Assembly (NCBI GenBank): GCA_905178155.1 | Contig: CAJINV010000004.1 | Coordinates: forward strand, 1,116,881 to 1,180,880 | Direction: 5' to 3' | Length of the DNA: 64,000 nucleotides | Source: Amoebophrya sp. A120 | Taxonomy: Eukaryota; Protista; Dinoflagellata | Position numbers and translations under genes: made by a program | Shown: positions 1-12,204 of the stretch, one piece after another | Numbering within the stretch: position 1 is the first letter of the stretch | Layout: every line of letters starts with the position of its first letter | The notes under the pieces: generated by a model | Databases searched by the model: none | The model's input: the letters and a program-made list of their open reading frames with translations, nothing else | What the model was told of the DNA's origin: nothing

Positions 1-511
1 TCATCGCATGCAAAAACTAAACGTCGGCGCATCACATCGAGATTCCACACATCCCAGACGAACGAGCAATACAGCTACCGATGTGATTCATTTTATATAT
101 ACCGCGACAAGACAGATTCGTTTTTGTTTTACATTTGTTCCACAAGAACGAGACCGATGAGTAACCCTCGCCTCCAATGACCGACACTCCACGAGCACAA
201 CCACGCGACGCACTTTGGATACATACGCATTGCTGATTTCACCGACGTACTTTTGGCGTCCGAATTAAACCGAGTTTGTGATGTCACTTTGCTGGACGAC
301 ATGGAAACAAAGTATCGTTGCTTTTCGTAGTCTTCAGGAGGTGTTGTACTTGTTTCTCTTGGAAGAGTTCTGAAGAAAAGAAGTCCAACAACTCTTGGAA
401 GAGTTCTGCAAATTCGTGGGCCGGCGCGCGCTCTGCGCGCGCGCGCACGCATGTGGTTACCAGATCAACATCAAAACCGAAGCATACATACGCACGTTGC
501 AACAACTCAAG

Positions 512-1545
512 CGCCGTGGAAAAAGGTCGTGTAGCAGCTGTTCATCTTTGTTCTACCCAAGAGCATCGGTCATCCTCGACCGTGCGGCCGCTGCTTTCAT
601 CACTGTACTCCTCGACTGTGTCATCATCGCACAATTGTACAGAAGCATTTTCATCCTCACTGTCATCATCAAAATGCTGCAGGTTCAGCAGGCTACTCTT
701 GTGAAAGTTGTTTTCGTTCATCGCTGTATCATCAGTTGTGTCGCGAAACTCAGTCTGTCGTAGTCTTACAGACTTTCTATCAACATCATCCTCGCTGCAA
801 TCAGGCGTGTCGAACTCCGATTGCATCGTTGCGATGTTCGGAATCCGCTTGTGTACCTGATAGAGAGATGATGAAGAGATGAAGTGGCGATGAGCGGCTG
901 ACGACGATGCAGAAGAAGATGAGACGATGATAGGAGGCGAGCTGCTAACGTCTACAACTGCATCAGAAACACCAGCAAACCTACTTTTACTCCCGTCTGT
1001 CGTGTTCTTCTTACTTGCATCCCACCACATCCACTGTCGTCTCTGTATTGTGGGGTTTGATGATGCAACAACAGGTATGTAGGACGACCTGCTCAAGGAT
1101 GGCGCAGGCAATCTGGGAGAAGCAATCTGTTCACTTCTCAGCTCAGCGAACGGGCCACACAAATCAGAAGCAGAAGAAGTACAGCCACGCTCCTCCTCAA
1201 CATCCATTGCTTGCTGTCCGCTCCGATTGCTCGTGGAGTTGTTCTCACTGCTAGAGCCGGCGAAGGGGCCGAAATCTTCCGTGCTGAGTCTCCGCCGCTG
1301 GCTCGCCGGTTCGGCGGGCTGAGGTCTGGACGAACCGCCGAAGTGTCTTCGAGACAGGCCGGCCGTTGCTGGTGAGAACGGAACCAGCGTCACAGATCTT
1401 GCCCCAGTCGTAAAGCGCGTGGGGTTCGAGCGCTGTATTTTGTGGCACTCTCAGCAGCACACTCTCAGCAGCACACTCTCGTCATACACGCCACCGCCGT
1501 GGAAAAAGGTCGTGTAGCAGCTGTTCATCTTTCTACCCAGGAGCA
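512..1545 (+). repeat. ~50-bp direct repeat pair (512-566 and 1495-1545)
   Basis: cgccgtggaaaaaggtcgtgtagcagctgttcatcttt...ctacccaRgagca occurs twice. Confidence 0.85.
542..1393 (-). CDS. Hypothetical Ser-rich, low-complexity protein (ORF or exon)
   Basis: 283-aa ORF with no recognisable domain, on the same strand as all other genes. Confidence 0.35.
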   Translation of the reverse strand: MTLVPFSPATAGLSRRHFGGSSRPQPAEPASQRRRLSTEDFGPFAGSSSENNSTSNRSGQQAMDVEEERGCTSSASDLCGPFAELRSEQIASPRLPAPSLSRSSYIPVVASSNPTIQRRQWMWWDASKKNTTDGSKSRFAGVSDAVVDVSSSPPIIVSSSSASSSAAHRHFISSSSLYQVHKRIPNIATMQSEFDTPDCSEDDVDRKSVRLRQTEFRDTTDDTAMNENNFHKSSLLNLQHFDDDSEDENASVQLCDDDTVEEYSDESSGRTVEDDRCSWVEQR

Positions 1546-2412
1546 ACCTGAACCTCCTCGTACGTGCTGCGACCACCACTTCGTGCGCTACATGTCATCT
1601 CTGGTGCGTGACGACATGAAACCGATGAACTCCTACGAACACACAGAAATAAAACGGCCGTCAGGCTACATAACCCGATTTGCACATTTTTATGCAGGCA
1701 CTCGTCGTTTATTTGCCAACTAACGCTCTTGGATTTGTAAATTCTCCTCTGTCCGCTTCGTCGACCTTAATGGGGTTGGACAAAAGTTAATGGAGAAAAA
1801 CCTGCTCCTTACAAAGACCAGTTTTGAAAAAAACGAGTCTTTGCTGTGATGGATACTTACTTACTTACTACACCCTGGCTTCTCGTTGATGTAGAAAATA
1901 ATCGAGATGTTGGCCTTTATTGTACAAAAGAGTCGAATCCACACGAAACATCATGTTCAATTGTAAACAACATCATGAAATAAATTGTAAAAAAATACCT
2001 TCATAATTGTAGAGAGGTGAGGATTTTCGTTATGGCGTGCTTAGTTGTGGGCTGGTGGTGGTCATTACGTAAAAAAAATCGATGAAAGCGGAACAAAGTT
2101 TTTGGATTAACCTTGAGATCGGTTTCTTAACTTACGCTGATTTTTTTTTCATGTGAAGAAAGAGAACAATTGGGTGAAGTACAAATTGAAATGCCCTCCT
2201 CAGCAGGCTGTGTGTGCGTAAAAAATCCGATAAGCCCTTCCTCGAAATGTTCACATTCCGTCGTAGAAGAAGCTCTTAAGCTGCGTTGTAAAGTAGAACA
2301 AAGGAAAAAAAAACCTCGTGGAGAGTGGCATCCTGTATCTATCCCTCTGTGTCCTCGGGGAAATAAAAATATCAGCATGGTGGTCTCCGCGGTGGTTTGC
2401 AAACGACGCCAA

Positions 2413-4361
2413 CTAGCAGCAGCTCACGAAACTGTCAATCCCGGAATCACTGCAACACGTGTACACCGCTCGCTTCCGCTGCTTTTTCTTCTATCCTGAG
2501 TAAATAAAACGTCCCCACACCAGAGTCAAGATGGGCAATCTGCTACACAAATCCACCAGCTTTTGCTGTTGCGCATGACAAGTTTGGCCTCGCAGTCTAG
2601 TCCTATTCAGTTAGTTCACCAGCACCACACATCTAGCATATCATGCTGATTGGAGCACGACAAATTCCGAAACACGACTAGACAATATTTCTCATGGGGC
2701 TCTGCATGAGAAACATCTTCAGCATGCAGAATTGCATTACGAGTATGGGGTAGGGACGTTTTTGCAAATGATATCTTCTCAGCGCTCGTCAGGTGGTCGT
2801 CTTCCGTGATCTCGACAAAGTATCAAAAGGAAAAATCTCCCCTCCCCATATCACAACAAAACTAAAACTTCTGATGCTGGATTTGGGTACACAAATCCAA
2901 TTTGTGTTGCAGTAGAGGAATGCACTCAGACCCTGAGCCTAGGCGGGAGGCTTTTGGTGTAGGCGCCTAGCATGGCAGACGGCTACCCCGTAGCAGGCCT
3001 TAGAGCATTACAAATCGCCTGCATGACCTGGCGGACAGCCTGAGCGTGCCTTCTTGCAAGACGGACCCGATTTGTGGTCACAGATCAGCAACACAAATTT
3101 TCGGAAACATACCTTTTCGATATGGGGAGGGGGGATTTTTCCTTTTGATACAGAGACACAACTCTTCGCAAACGTCGCCTTGGAATTGCCGCCCACGTCC
3201 TTCGCCTCCTTCGAGCACGCTTCATCTTTGTATGGTGAGAAAAAACGTCCCCATCCCAGAGTCAAGAGACGAAATCTGCTAGACAAATCGCCAAGCTTTG
3301 GCTGTTGCGAATGACAAACTCGTAGTCGTCTTTAGCTAGTGCAGGGGTCTCACAAATCTAGCATACGATGCAAATTTGAGCATATCAAATCGCAACTGCA
3401 CACCAATAGAAACTGCTTCTGAGCGGTCTCTGCATGAGAAACATTCTCAGGAGCATGCAAATTTGCATTACACACAACTCTGGGCGGGTGGGGACGTTTT
3501 TACAAATGATACTTTGTCGCTGTCGATCCCCTCGGCCCACTTCTCGCAGGTGATCTATTACAGTGAAAAATGCCCTCACCCTGAAAGTTGCAACAATTTG
3601 TGATGCGAAGTTTCCAAATGAAAACTTTTTGTCTTGCATGGAAAGGACTATGAATCTTTCTGATGCAGAGTCTAGTCGTAATCGTATACGGCATCGCTTG
3701 CATGACAAGCGCCGCGCTTGCTGGAATCTTTTGCAATTACAGATTTTTGCTATTCACGCTTGAAATTCTGTGATGTTGATACAACATGCAGGACGGCGAA
3801 TGTTTCCATTGATATTCCATTGGAAAGGCTTGCAATACAGATGCTCCCAGGGAAGTTCTGGGGTGGGGGCGTTTTTCACTGTAATATGATCTTCTCCTTC
3901 TTCTTGGAGGCCATGGTCGCCTCCGTGCTGGTGCTGGTACTAAGCCCCGTGGTATGAAAGGAAAAAAAAGGCCGTCCAGAAACCATTTTTATTTTTTACC
4001 ACGGCAGTATAGTTCTTGGTCTTTTTTCTGCAACAATGACAAATAAGTATACGGAACTGCTTCTTTTTCAAGCTAGAGAATGTTGCATGATGCTGACAAT
4101 CAACACAGCACGATCTCCATCTTTTCTTGTGTTTCATGCCTTCTAGCCCTACGTACTATTCCATGCGAGAATAAATTTCTCATGCAGAAGTTCGGTTTCT
4201 TCAAAGGAATCCTGATATTTTTACAGACGGCCTTCTCTTTTTCCTCCATACATCCGCCCCAGCAGTTGCGCGACGTCCACAGCCGCCGCCGGTTCGGGAA
4301 CTACCCCGGCCAAGAGACCGGCACCCGCCAGAACTTTCGCACCCGTTCGCAGGACCTTCAT
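2413..4361 (-). CDS. Small putatively secreted Cys-containing protein, 6 exons separated by 5 introners
   Basis: Spliced reading MKVLRTGAKVLAGAGLLAGVVPEPAAAVDVAQLLGRM|GLSTSTSTEATMASKKKEKI|TCEKWAEGIDSDK|DEACSKEAKDVGGNSKATFAKSCVS|VEITEDDHLTSAEK|KKQRKRAVYTCCSDSGIDSFVSCC*; N-terminus resembles a signal peptide; 3' end uncertain. Confidence 0.7.
2492..2773. mobile_element. Introner, family E
   Basis: TIR tatcctgagtaaa..aacgtcccca / ggggtagggacgtttttgcaaatgata; TSD tcttc. Confidence 0.85.
2821..3150. mobile_element. Introner, family B
   Basis: TIR tatcaaaaggaaaaatctcccctccccata / tatggggaggggggatttttccttttgata; TSD caaag/cagag (1 mismatch). Confidence 0.9.
3231..3511. mobile_element. Introner, family E
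   Basis: TIR with aaaaacgtcccca / tggggacgttttt; TSD ctttg. Confidence 0.9.
3556..3886. mobile_element. Introner, family E-like
   Basis: TIR tattacagtgaaaaatgccc / gggcgtttttcactgtaata; TSD tgatc. Confidence 0.9.
3953..4250. mobile_element. Older introner, family J
   Basis: TIR tatgaaaggaaaaaaaaggccgtc / gacggccttctctttttcctccata; TSD diverged, but removing element + 5 nt restores the frame. Confidence 0.7.
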
Positions 4362-7300
4362 GGTTTTTTTGGGTAAAAAAAACCGCGGGGAAAGCAGGAA
4401 ATGAACTCGGCAGTGAGCAGAAGCAGACAGTGCGTCTGAGGTCGTTCTTCAAGCTGTCCCAGATTTTTCTGGTCGTGAAGAAAAATCGATGCAGGTTGAA
4501 TGACTTTGCCAACAAGAAAGTTGTCAAAGTTTTTTTTTTTTTTTTTTAACATACAAGTCACAAACTAAAAACAGCGAGTTAGCACATAGACAACTTCAGA
4601 TCGGAAAGTGGAATGATCTTGGCTCGTCGTCCTTGTTCCTTCGCGGTTCTCTATTCGTGGTTCGTAAATGCCATCTGACCCCTTCGCCTTGCGGCTCCAG
4701 ACTGCTCGCCCCTTCTCCTCGCGACAATGCTACAGTTGTTCACATCGGTCAGTAGGCAGTGAGTCACGCCACCAGGTTGCCTGCTCGTATGCTGCGCAAA
4801 TGAGGCGACAACCATAGTAGTGCAACATCGCTCGCGCTACGCTGCTCTTCCATCTTTGGTGGTGTTTCTGTACCTGTCCCTAATGCCCACAAAACCGCCC
4901 CGCACGCCTCTAGTAATTCCTAACGAGCGGGAAACAGCACTCATACTTATGAGTTTTCAAGAGGCAACTTTTAGAAAGTTGTCAAAGTTCAATCGTTGTT
5001 CTTTGCGTGATGAAGTCTTCTTGCAGTTGCTTTTTTTTGAAGCGGTTGGTGCGCGTTGTGCGAGAGTTAGTTGATCGCTATCCTACTTTGTTGTGAAGTT
5101 GTTTAGACCTGATGCGGTCGAAGTTTTTTACGTTTCTCACAGTCAGGGAGGACCTGGTTGTAACAACTCATGTAAAATAAATGGACATGTTGCTTGTTGA
5201 ACAAAGAATAAAGAGCAAGAGCTTCAGTGCTTTATGTCATATTTCTTTATCAGACGTCTTTGCACGAGGAAAAGGACAAAAAGGCTGTGCACGAAATTGT
5301 AACCTGCATCCTTAACGAGGCTGGTACGAGGGACGAGTACGAGGGAGGACGTATATTTTTTACGTGGCCAACTTTTGCAAACCGATATCAAAAATCTCAG
5401 CAAGGAATACTGACTTCTTCCTGTTTTTTCGCATCCGACGCCTGCTCCTTGTATTTTCATGTTGTACGAGTCAGAACGAGCTTGAAAAACGAAAACCAAA
5501 CCGAGAAGATGACTTCATCTTGATGTGTAGCAGGTCGTGGACGACAGATAACTTTTATTTATCTAAACCGAAAGCTCATCAGGTCACATCACCTGTTACT
5601 TACTACAGGAGGCCTAAGGCGGTACTTCTAGTCAATCTCTGCAAAAATACGGCTACCAAGATAGGAAACCATACTAACTTAGGATCTTAAAAACCGAAAA
5701 CCGCACTGAAACCGCGCTGTCGTTCGCTTGGAAAAGAAATAGTACACCGTGAAGGAAGCCAACCTGCATTCACACGCGGCTGCGAAAAGATGTACGTTCT
5801 TTTCGTGCAACCAATGCAACTATGTAGTCGTCCTTTTTCTCTGTCCTCGTGCCGGCTGCGAGATCTCACACCATGATGTCGCAGCTCCTGTTTCTACTGC
5901 AATCTTCGGATAAAAATGAACAGGGCCCATCTTTGAAGTCCTACCTTCGCTTCATTTCCAGCAAAAGTCTATATGTGCAAAAAGCGGGAACGACTTGCAC
6001 CTCAAAGAGTCGGCAGCATCTCCAGATATTTTCATCAAAGCGAAACCAGTACAGCTACCATTTGATACACGGCGGAAAAGAGTTTGTGCGAACCAAACTG
6101 AAACTGCAGCTCAAGTACAGTACGACTTCTTGCAGTATGTCAGGTGAAAAGGGAAAAGAAAATCTAAAATTGCTCGTCATGCTCCGATAGCATAATAAAT
6201 ATTATAGGAGCAATATCAAAATCTACTAGTTCCAGAGACTGATGTTGACATAGCAAGCAAAGTGGCTTTCCGCGACATTTGTTTTGTTGGCCCTCAGCTC
6301 GCAACTACTAGATACATCCCCGCCGTCAGGAGCTCGCAGTTGAGGTTGACTTGTTAAAGACATCTACCACAATCTCGACGCGTCGCAACAGTCACGACGG
6401 CCTGCCGGCCCCGTAGATCCGCACAGCGCTGCCTTCGAGTCCTCGTCTTCACCTGCAGCGGGTTACGCCAGTTGTCCTTCGCAATAATTCTCCTCCGAAC
6501 TGCGAGACCCTCATCTCCTTTGCGCGGTTCGACCTCCCAAATAAGCTTGTCTTGCGACGCCGATGCGGGCGCGAGGACCTGCGTTGCTCAGTGAGGCGTC
6601 ACTCTTTTTTATTTTTTTATTGCACGCTGCACTTCCCATCCCCGCCCTCGCCGGTCTCTTCGTCGTTCCCGGCCGCTGTATATGAGAGTGGACGACTCGC
6701 TTTCGTTCTTTCATCCCTAACTTGCTATGCTGAATGCCAATTCCTATAATCCTGGTCGAAAACGACAGGGATATGCTTTTCCAGGATTTGCATCACAAGT
6801 TCCGCAAGGAAGCCGAAGGGATTGTTCATGCAGAAGCTGCATGTTGCAAGCTGTTTCCAACGCTGCGGATGCACTTCCAGTGAGGGAAAAAAGGCCAGGA
6901 GTTGCCCACCAGCATACTGCAGGACCGTCGTCGACTAGCCACAGGATTTGGTTACTTAGTTATCACCTGCAAATACTAATATCTCAAACTCAATCGCTGG
7001 ATCATGGTTGACACTGACACAAATATGATGACTTGTTACCCGGTACTGATGGCGCGCAGTTATGATGAACTGCTGCGATTTTTGGGAAGAACTACACATG
7101 CAAAACGAGGATTGCTTGTTCCTGAGAACGAGCCAGATGCAAGCATGCTTCGCTGGATGAGCAAGAGCAACGCTTCCACCTGCACCTCCCGGACGAGATA
7201 CTTATTGTTATTGATTAGTACAACAACTCCATGACATCACCAGCCCGAGAACTACTAGACATTGTTATTTGCAGTGCATAGCCGTATTTTGGAAACCATT

Positions 7301-7631
7301 TCCCGGAACATCTTCTTGACGCGAACAAACTCCATGGAAGATACCTGGTGGTGTGGCAACATATTTATTGTCGTGGGATTGGTGTTGCAGCTTGTTTGAA
7401 CAATGCGAAATGGAAATCTAGATCTACATCGACATTTTCATTTTCCTCATCTCGTCGTTTGGTGCATCACAAAAGGCACTGGTTGAGAAAATCGTTTTTG
7501 TACCTGCCAAAACCTGATCATTTTTTCCTTCGAGTCCAGTATCAGACTGAAAACCACCAGTACAGCTCGTCTAAAGAAGATAGTGTCATCAACAAAAAGA
7601 GACACTATGCTTGTGTGGTCTAAGTACTGCT

Positions 7632-10545
7632 TCAGCTTCTAGGACGTCCTTGCATGATATTGTTAAACAACGTTCTGTCATGCTGCGTGACAGACACAGA
7701 AGATAGCATTATACAAACTGAGTTGTCGGAAGTTTTTTTCCTCGCATGTTGAGACGAAACGCAACGGAAAAATGCTAGTCCCGGTAGTTTTCTGAGGGAT
7801 ACAGAGCTCGGCGCTCGCGATGATCTGGCAAAACGTATCCGACTCATATCCCTTGCAAAAGCATCGGCTTCATCAGATTTCATCCATATTCAACATGACT
7901 GTCCTCGTCGCGCGAAATCCAATGTATAAATTTTTCTTTATCAAATGAAAACGCGACCTGTACGACGTGAAGTAGTAGTAGATGTGCCGTAAATAGTACT
8001 TTTGCAACGGATACGTGCGGGTCCTTGTCGATTTTGTTCGCGACCAGGTAGACCACCGGCTCCAGCTTTATCTTCTTCCTTTTTAAGTCGTCCAAGAGCA
8101 AGGAGTGCAGGTTCAACGCTTCTTCGTACGACTTTGTCTCGTATGAAGATAGGAGCAAGTAGAACTCGTCCCCATCATGATCATCTCCTCATTTCGTGAT
8201 GTAGTTGACCAGCACGTCTAGAAAAAGCAACCAACTGCAAACTGCGGCAGCTTCATCTGCCTGACAACTTCATGCCCCGACCCGAACGTCTTCAGGAACT
8301 TGTGCTGCAAGCATCAAGCACAGCCAAAACTAAGTACCATAAGCAGGAGCTTGTTCGGGTTAATAGGTTAGGAAAATCATTGGGCACTTTCTTGAATATA
8401 GAAATGACGGAGAGAACCACGGTGACGAGAAAAGATCTGTATCCACTCCCATACCTCATTCGCGTCGAACACGATCAAAAATCCCATCCTGCCTTTCGTC
8501 AGCGGTCGGTACTGGTCCGCGCGGGGGCAGATGTAGGACGCGAAGGGCCGCGTGGTGCCCTCTGTGATTTAAATTTGAATGTTTGTGAAATTTCATGCGA
8601 TTTTTTTCTTCTTTTGAAGTCATCAGATGGCAAGGGCAACGTGATTCTGTTCCTTCGGCGTGATAACAGCAGCTTGACCACTCAGCAGCAGTGTACCACT
8701 CCGACTCAAGAACTTCAACTGTGTTCATCCATTTCTCGTGCGAAATCCTGCGACCAAATTGCTGAAGAGTGGGATAAAAAGTCATAAAATATACTTTTCG
8801 CGATGTTCACCAGGTTTAGTTGCTGTTTTAACTTGGAATCTTCTTCCCTCGTCATGTCCAGAAACAACTTGATATCCCGCGGCTATGGCGTTCTCAAATG
8901 TTACCTTCTCCACTGTTACATGATTTGTCATGTTGGAAGGCTAAGGGCAGGGCGTCCCATTCGTTTATAAACTTAAAACGGTAGCCACCTACCCAGCAAA
9001 CTCTGAGTGGAATAAGCACGGGCAAAGCGATCTCTACCGAGAGACAGTCACAAGAGCTCCTGGGACGGCCGCGGGATGAGCTTTGTAGCTATCTGAGTAG
9101 GGATAACTTTGCCGGCAGACCCACCAGCGCTGAGGGATAAAAGAAAAGTAAAAAAGCGGTAAAGTCATCTACTATGGCACAGTCCCAACTACGAAAAAAC
9201 CCATCTTAAAAAAGTGAGGCAAGATGTAATGTAGTTGTTTTCCTGGCGAGCAGCCGCAACAAGGCGAACTGTCGCAGCGGACAAATGCAAAAACGTCCGC
9301 AACCGAGGGAGCAGAGATGGAACCGCGTACACCACCGACCGATACAGCATCAGATCATGCAAAAGGCCGGAACAAGCCCGAACAACCAAGGGCGGAGCAA
9401 CTACATTACAAACCCCAAAACGGGAAATAAACTATCTAACCCAAGCTAAACTAAGTATAATTTACCTTAACTAACACTACAGACTAGCGCGCGTTTAAAC
9501 CGATCCACTTCTGCCCGTACCGTCTTTAGCCTGACTTGTCATGCAAAATTGCGATAAGCAACCACACGACCAAGCGGCTGCGCATGACAAATCTCCGAAG
9601 GGCTAAACAGCATGGAAATTTGTGCCAAACTTGTGATGTTAGAGTTGCAAGGTCCTCCCTTTCGCTTTCGCTCTTCTTGCATCACAAATTCGTGTAACAG
9701 TTGAGAATGTAACAGTTGAGAACTCCATAGCGGCACCCCGTAACTTTTGCCGTCCCCGCGAAAGGAGCTGTAGGTGTCCTCGATCTTGATATGAAAGTGG
9801 ACAAGACGTCCACCATCGCTCCGCCTCACTACATCTGTAAGCATGGAACACGGCAAGCAATATGCTTGCGTTTCTAATTTTCAGCCGTGTGATAATCTGC
9901 ACGACAAGTTTCGGAAAGGCAAAAAAACTACATCTGTCATGCAAATCACAGTCCGACACTGCGTTCTTGGTCTATGCAAAGGCACGCGCTGTATAGATTT
10001 AGATTTTTTCAGTCGCTTCCATCGCTTTATCAATGAAAAAACGGGAGATATAGTGGTCGTCCACCGTCATACTCGAGTAAGGCTCGGAACGCGCTTTTGC
10101 TGTCCTCGTCGTCCTCGGACTGCAGTTTCATGGTATCCAATGCAAATATGTCTGGGTCTGGAAGATTGCTGAGGTTTGTCATGCTAGTCTGGCATAACTC
10201 TGAACACTGAACTGCGTGCCCGCAAAAAGGTCCTTTTATCTGTCATGCAAAAACGCAGTTGTTCTCATGCGAAACACGCAACTCTGAACCACGGAAAATA
10301 AACTTGTCATGCTCGGACTCGCATACCAGTGTGCTCAACACTAGTCCCTTCCCTGCATCACAAGTTTGCAGACCCAGACATATTCGCAATCCATACATGG
10401 TTTTGTAGTACAAAACCGGGTCCGAGGTTTCTTGGTACACCGTTGGGCAGTGCTTGTTCACGTAACTGTTGATCAGAGACGTCTTCCCGCTGTTCCCCAG
10501 CCCGATCACGGTGATGCGGAGAAAGGGGAGCTGATTTTCCGCCAT
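7632..10545 (-). CDS. Ras-superfamily small GTPase (multi-exon; 3' end uncertain)
   Basis: G1 VIGLGNSGKT; G3-like LLEIEDTYS; RMGFLIVFDANE; G4 YLVANKID, after removing 4 elements and canonical introns. Confidence 0.8.
8142..8453. mobile_element. Decayed introner-like intron (M), also readable as canonical GT-AG
   Basis: tatg...cata termini with a weak TIR; TSD-like tctcg/cctca; on minus GAG|gtatgg...catacgag|ACA. Confidence 0.5.
8884..9729. mobile_element. Long introner, family K (846 bp)
   Basis: ~45-bp TIR tatggcgttctcaaatgttac.. / ..gtaacagttgagaactccata; TSD gcggc; removal gives GVPR-DIKLF. Confidence 0.85.
9790..10071. mobile_element. Introner, family L
   Basis: TIR tatgaaagtggac / gtccaccgtcata; TSD cttga/ctcga; removal gives ALLE-IEDTY. 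Confidence 0.75.
10134..10395. mobile_element. Introner, family A
   Basis: TIR tatccaatgcaaatatgtctgggtctg / cagacccagacatattcgcaatccata; TSD catgg. Confidence 0.92.
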
Positions 10546-11107
10546 TTTCGAGAAGAGGAAGACGAAGATGGTCGGGATCTTATAGCTGCAAGCTGTGCTG
10601 GAAAGACTACAAGAATCTTCCCGAAATCAGTCAGAGGCAGAGCCAGACGGAATGAAGATATGTAAATGTAATATCTCAACAAGGAGCAAAAAGGAGATCG
10701 CCAAAACTCCACTCAAACCATCCCTCGCACCACACCTGCTCAGCAGATCCTGGTGATACATTTGCTTACTAGTTTCAGCACCACTTGTTCTCACAGTGTC
10801 ACTGCACTCTCTTTCGTATAAGACCCTCGTTCTTCCACTTCCCAGGAGCCTCTTTCCCGCGGCTAGGCTTCAATTCGTCAGATTTATATTATTTTCAATA
10901 CCGAGAAAATCCAAATGCAAATCGGTTGGTCATGTCTACTCCATGTTCTAGCTCTATCCACATGCGAACAAGAATCCGCTTCTTCTAAACTTGCTCCTTG
11001 CAAGTTATCCACTCAGGCTCCATCCGCCCATGTGGACGGACTCAGCGTCCTCCTTCCATTTTATTTCACACTAAAGAAGAAAATCAAAATGTACACTATT
11101 GCTCCAC

Positions 11108-11981
11108 TGTTTCGAGACGGCAAATTAATTGTAACGCGCAAGTTCAATCTCGTGGATGTGAAGTTTTCGTGTGTATCTGTATTATTTCTTCGTGAAATCA
11201 AAACTGGTGCATTTACAGGCACTTACTTTTACGGCGACGTAAAAGTAGTGCGACGGGGAAAATAGTAGTGTAAGGAAGTCCGCAAATTTGTTGTTGCATT
11301 CCTCGGAGAAATCTTTGCTCCGGTATGTTTCCTTTACTTCGCCGCCTTACGAGGAGCCAGCGGCGATGTCTTACATAATGCAAGGTGCTACAGTTGACAA
11401 GAAGCACAACTTCATTACTTTTCCACCTTTGCAGATGTCAAAGCACTTGTTGCAACTTCGGGTCTTCTAATCGAGCGGATCTGTTCTTATCTTGGTATAT
11501 AGTTCTGTAGTACAAATAAAATAAGTCGGCGCTGTGATAAAAGTAAAACTGGAAACAGCTCACAAGCTGTCGTCATAAATCTGTAAAAGTTGTAAAAGTA
11601 GAAACTGTTTTCGTTCCTCGAACAATCAAATTTGTAAAAAGTCACTAGTGTTGCGCTTGAGATATATATGCCGAGTCATCAGTTGATTACCAGATTAGCC
11701 CTGGACCCTTTGGTTGGTTTTGTGTTCTGCTTTTGTATTCGAAGATGTTTTTCTCCGAAACATCAAATCACTTCTACAACTATTCCCTGCCAAGCAGCAA
11801 GACCGTAAGAATTACTGTGCGCGATCTCGTCGGTGTCCTCTTTTTACATTCACGACCCGGAGTGACTCCGGGTCGATTGTTTCGAAACGGCAACTTCCTT
11901 GTCACGCGCAAATTTCATCTCGGAGGTGTCAAGCTTTCGTGTGTAAGTATTCTTCGTGAAACTGAAATCAAAACTGGTGCA
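11108..11981 (+). repeat. Diverged ~100-bp direct repeat pair (11108-11211, 11878-11981)
   Basis: tgtttcgaRacggcaa...gaaatcaaaactggtgca in both copies. Confidence 0.75.
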
Positions 11982-12204
11982 CCAACATCATGGGCTGCTA
12001 CAGTAATTTAAAGTAGATGAAGTTGAAGACCCTGCAAAGTCGAAAAAGAGCACCCTTCTACTTTTCCAGCAATGCATAAGCACTGGCGGAGGTAGCTTGT
12101 TGTTTGTCTAAAGAAGATCTGTTCTTGTCGAAGCCACAGGTGAGTGCGGTCACTGTTCTATAATCATTATAGATACAACGATGTTCTGAGACATAAGAAA
12201 ATAT

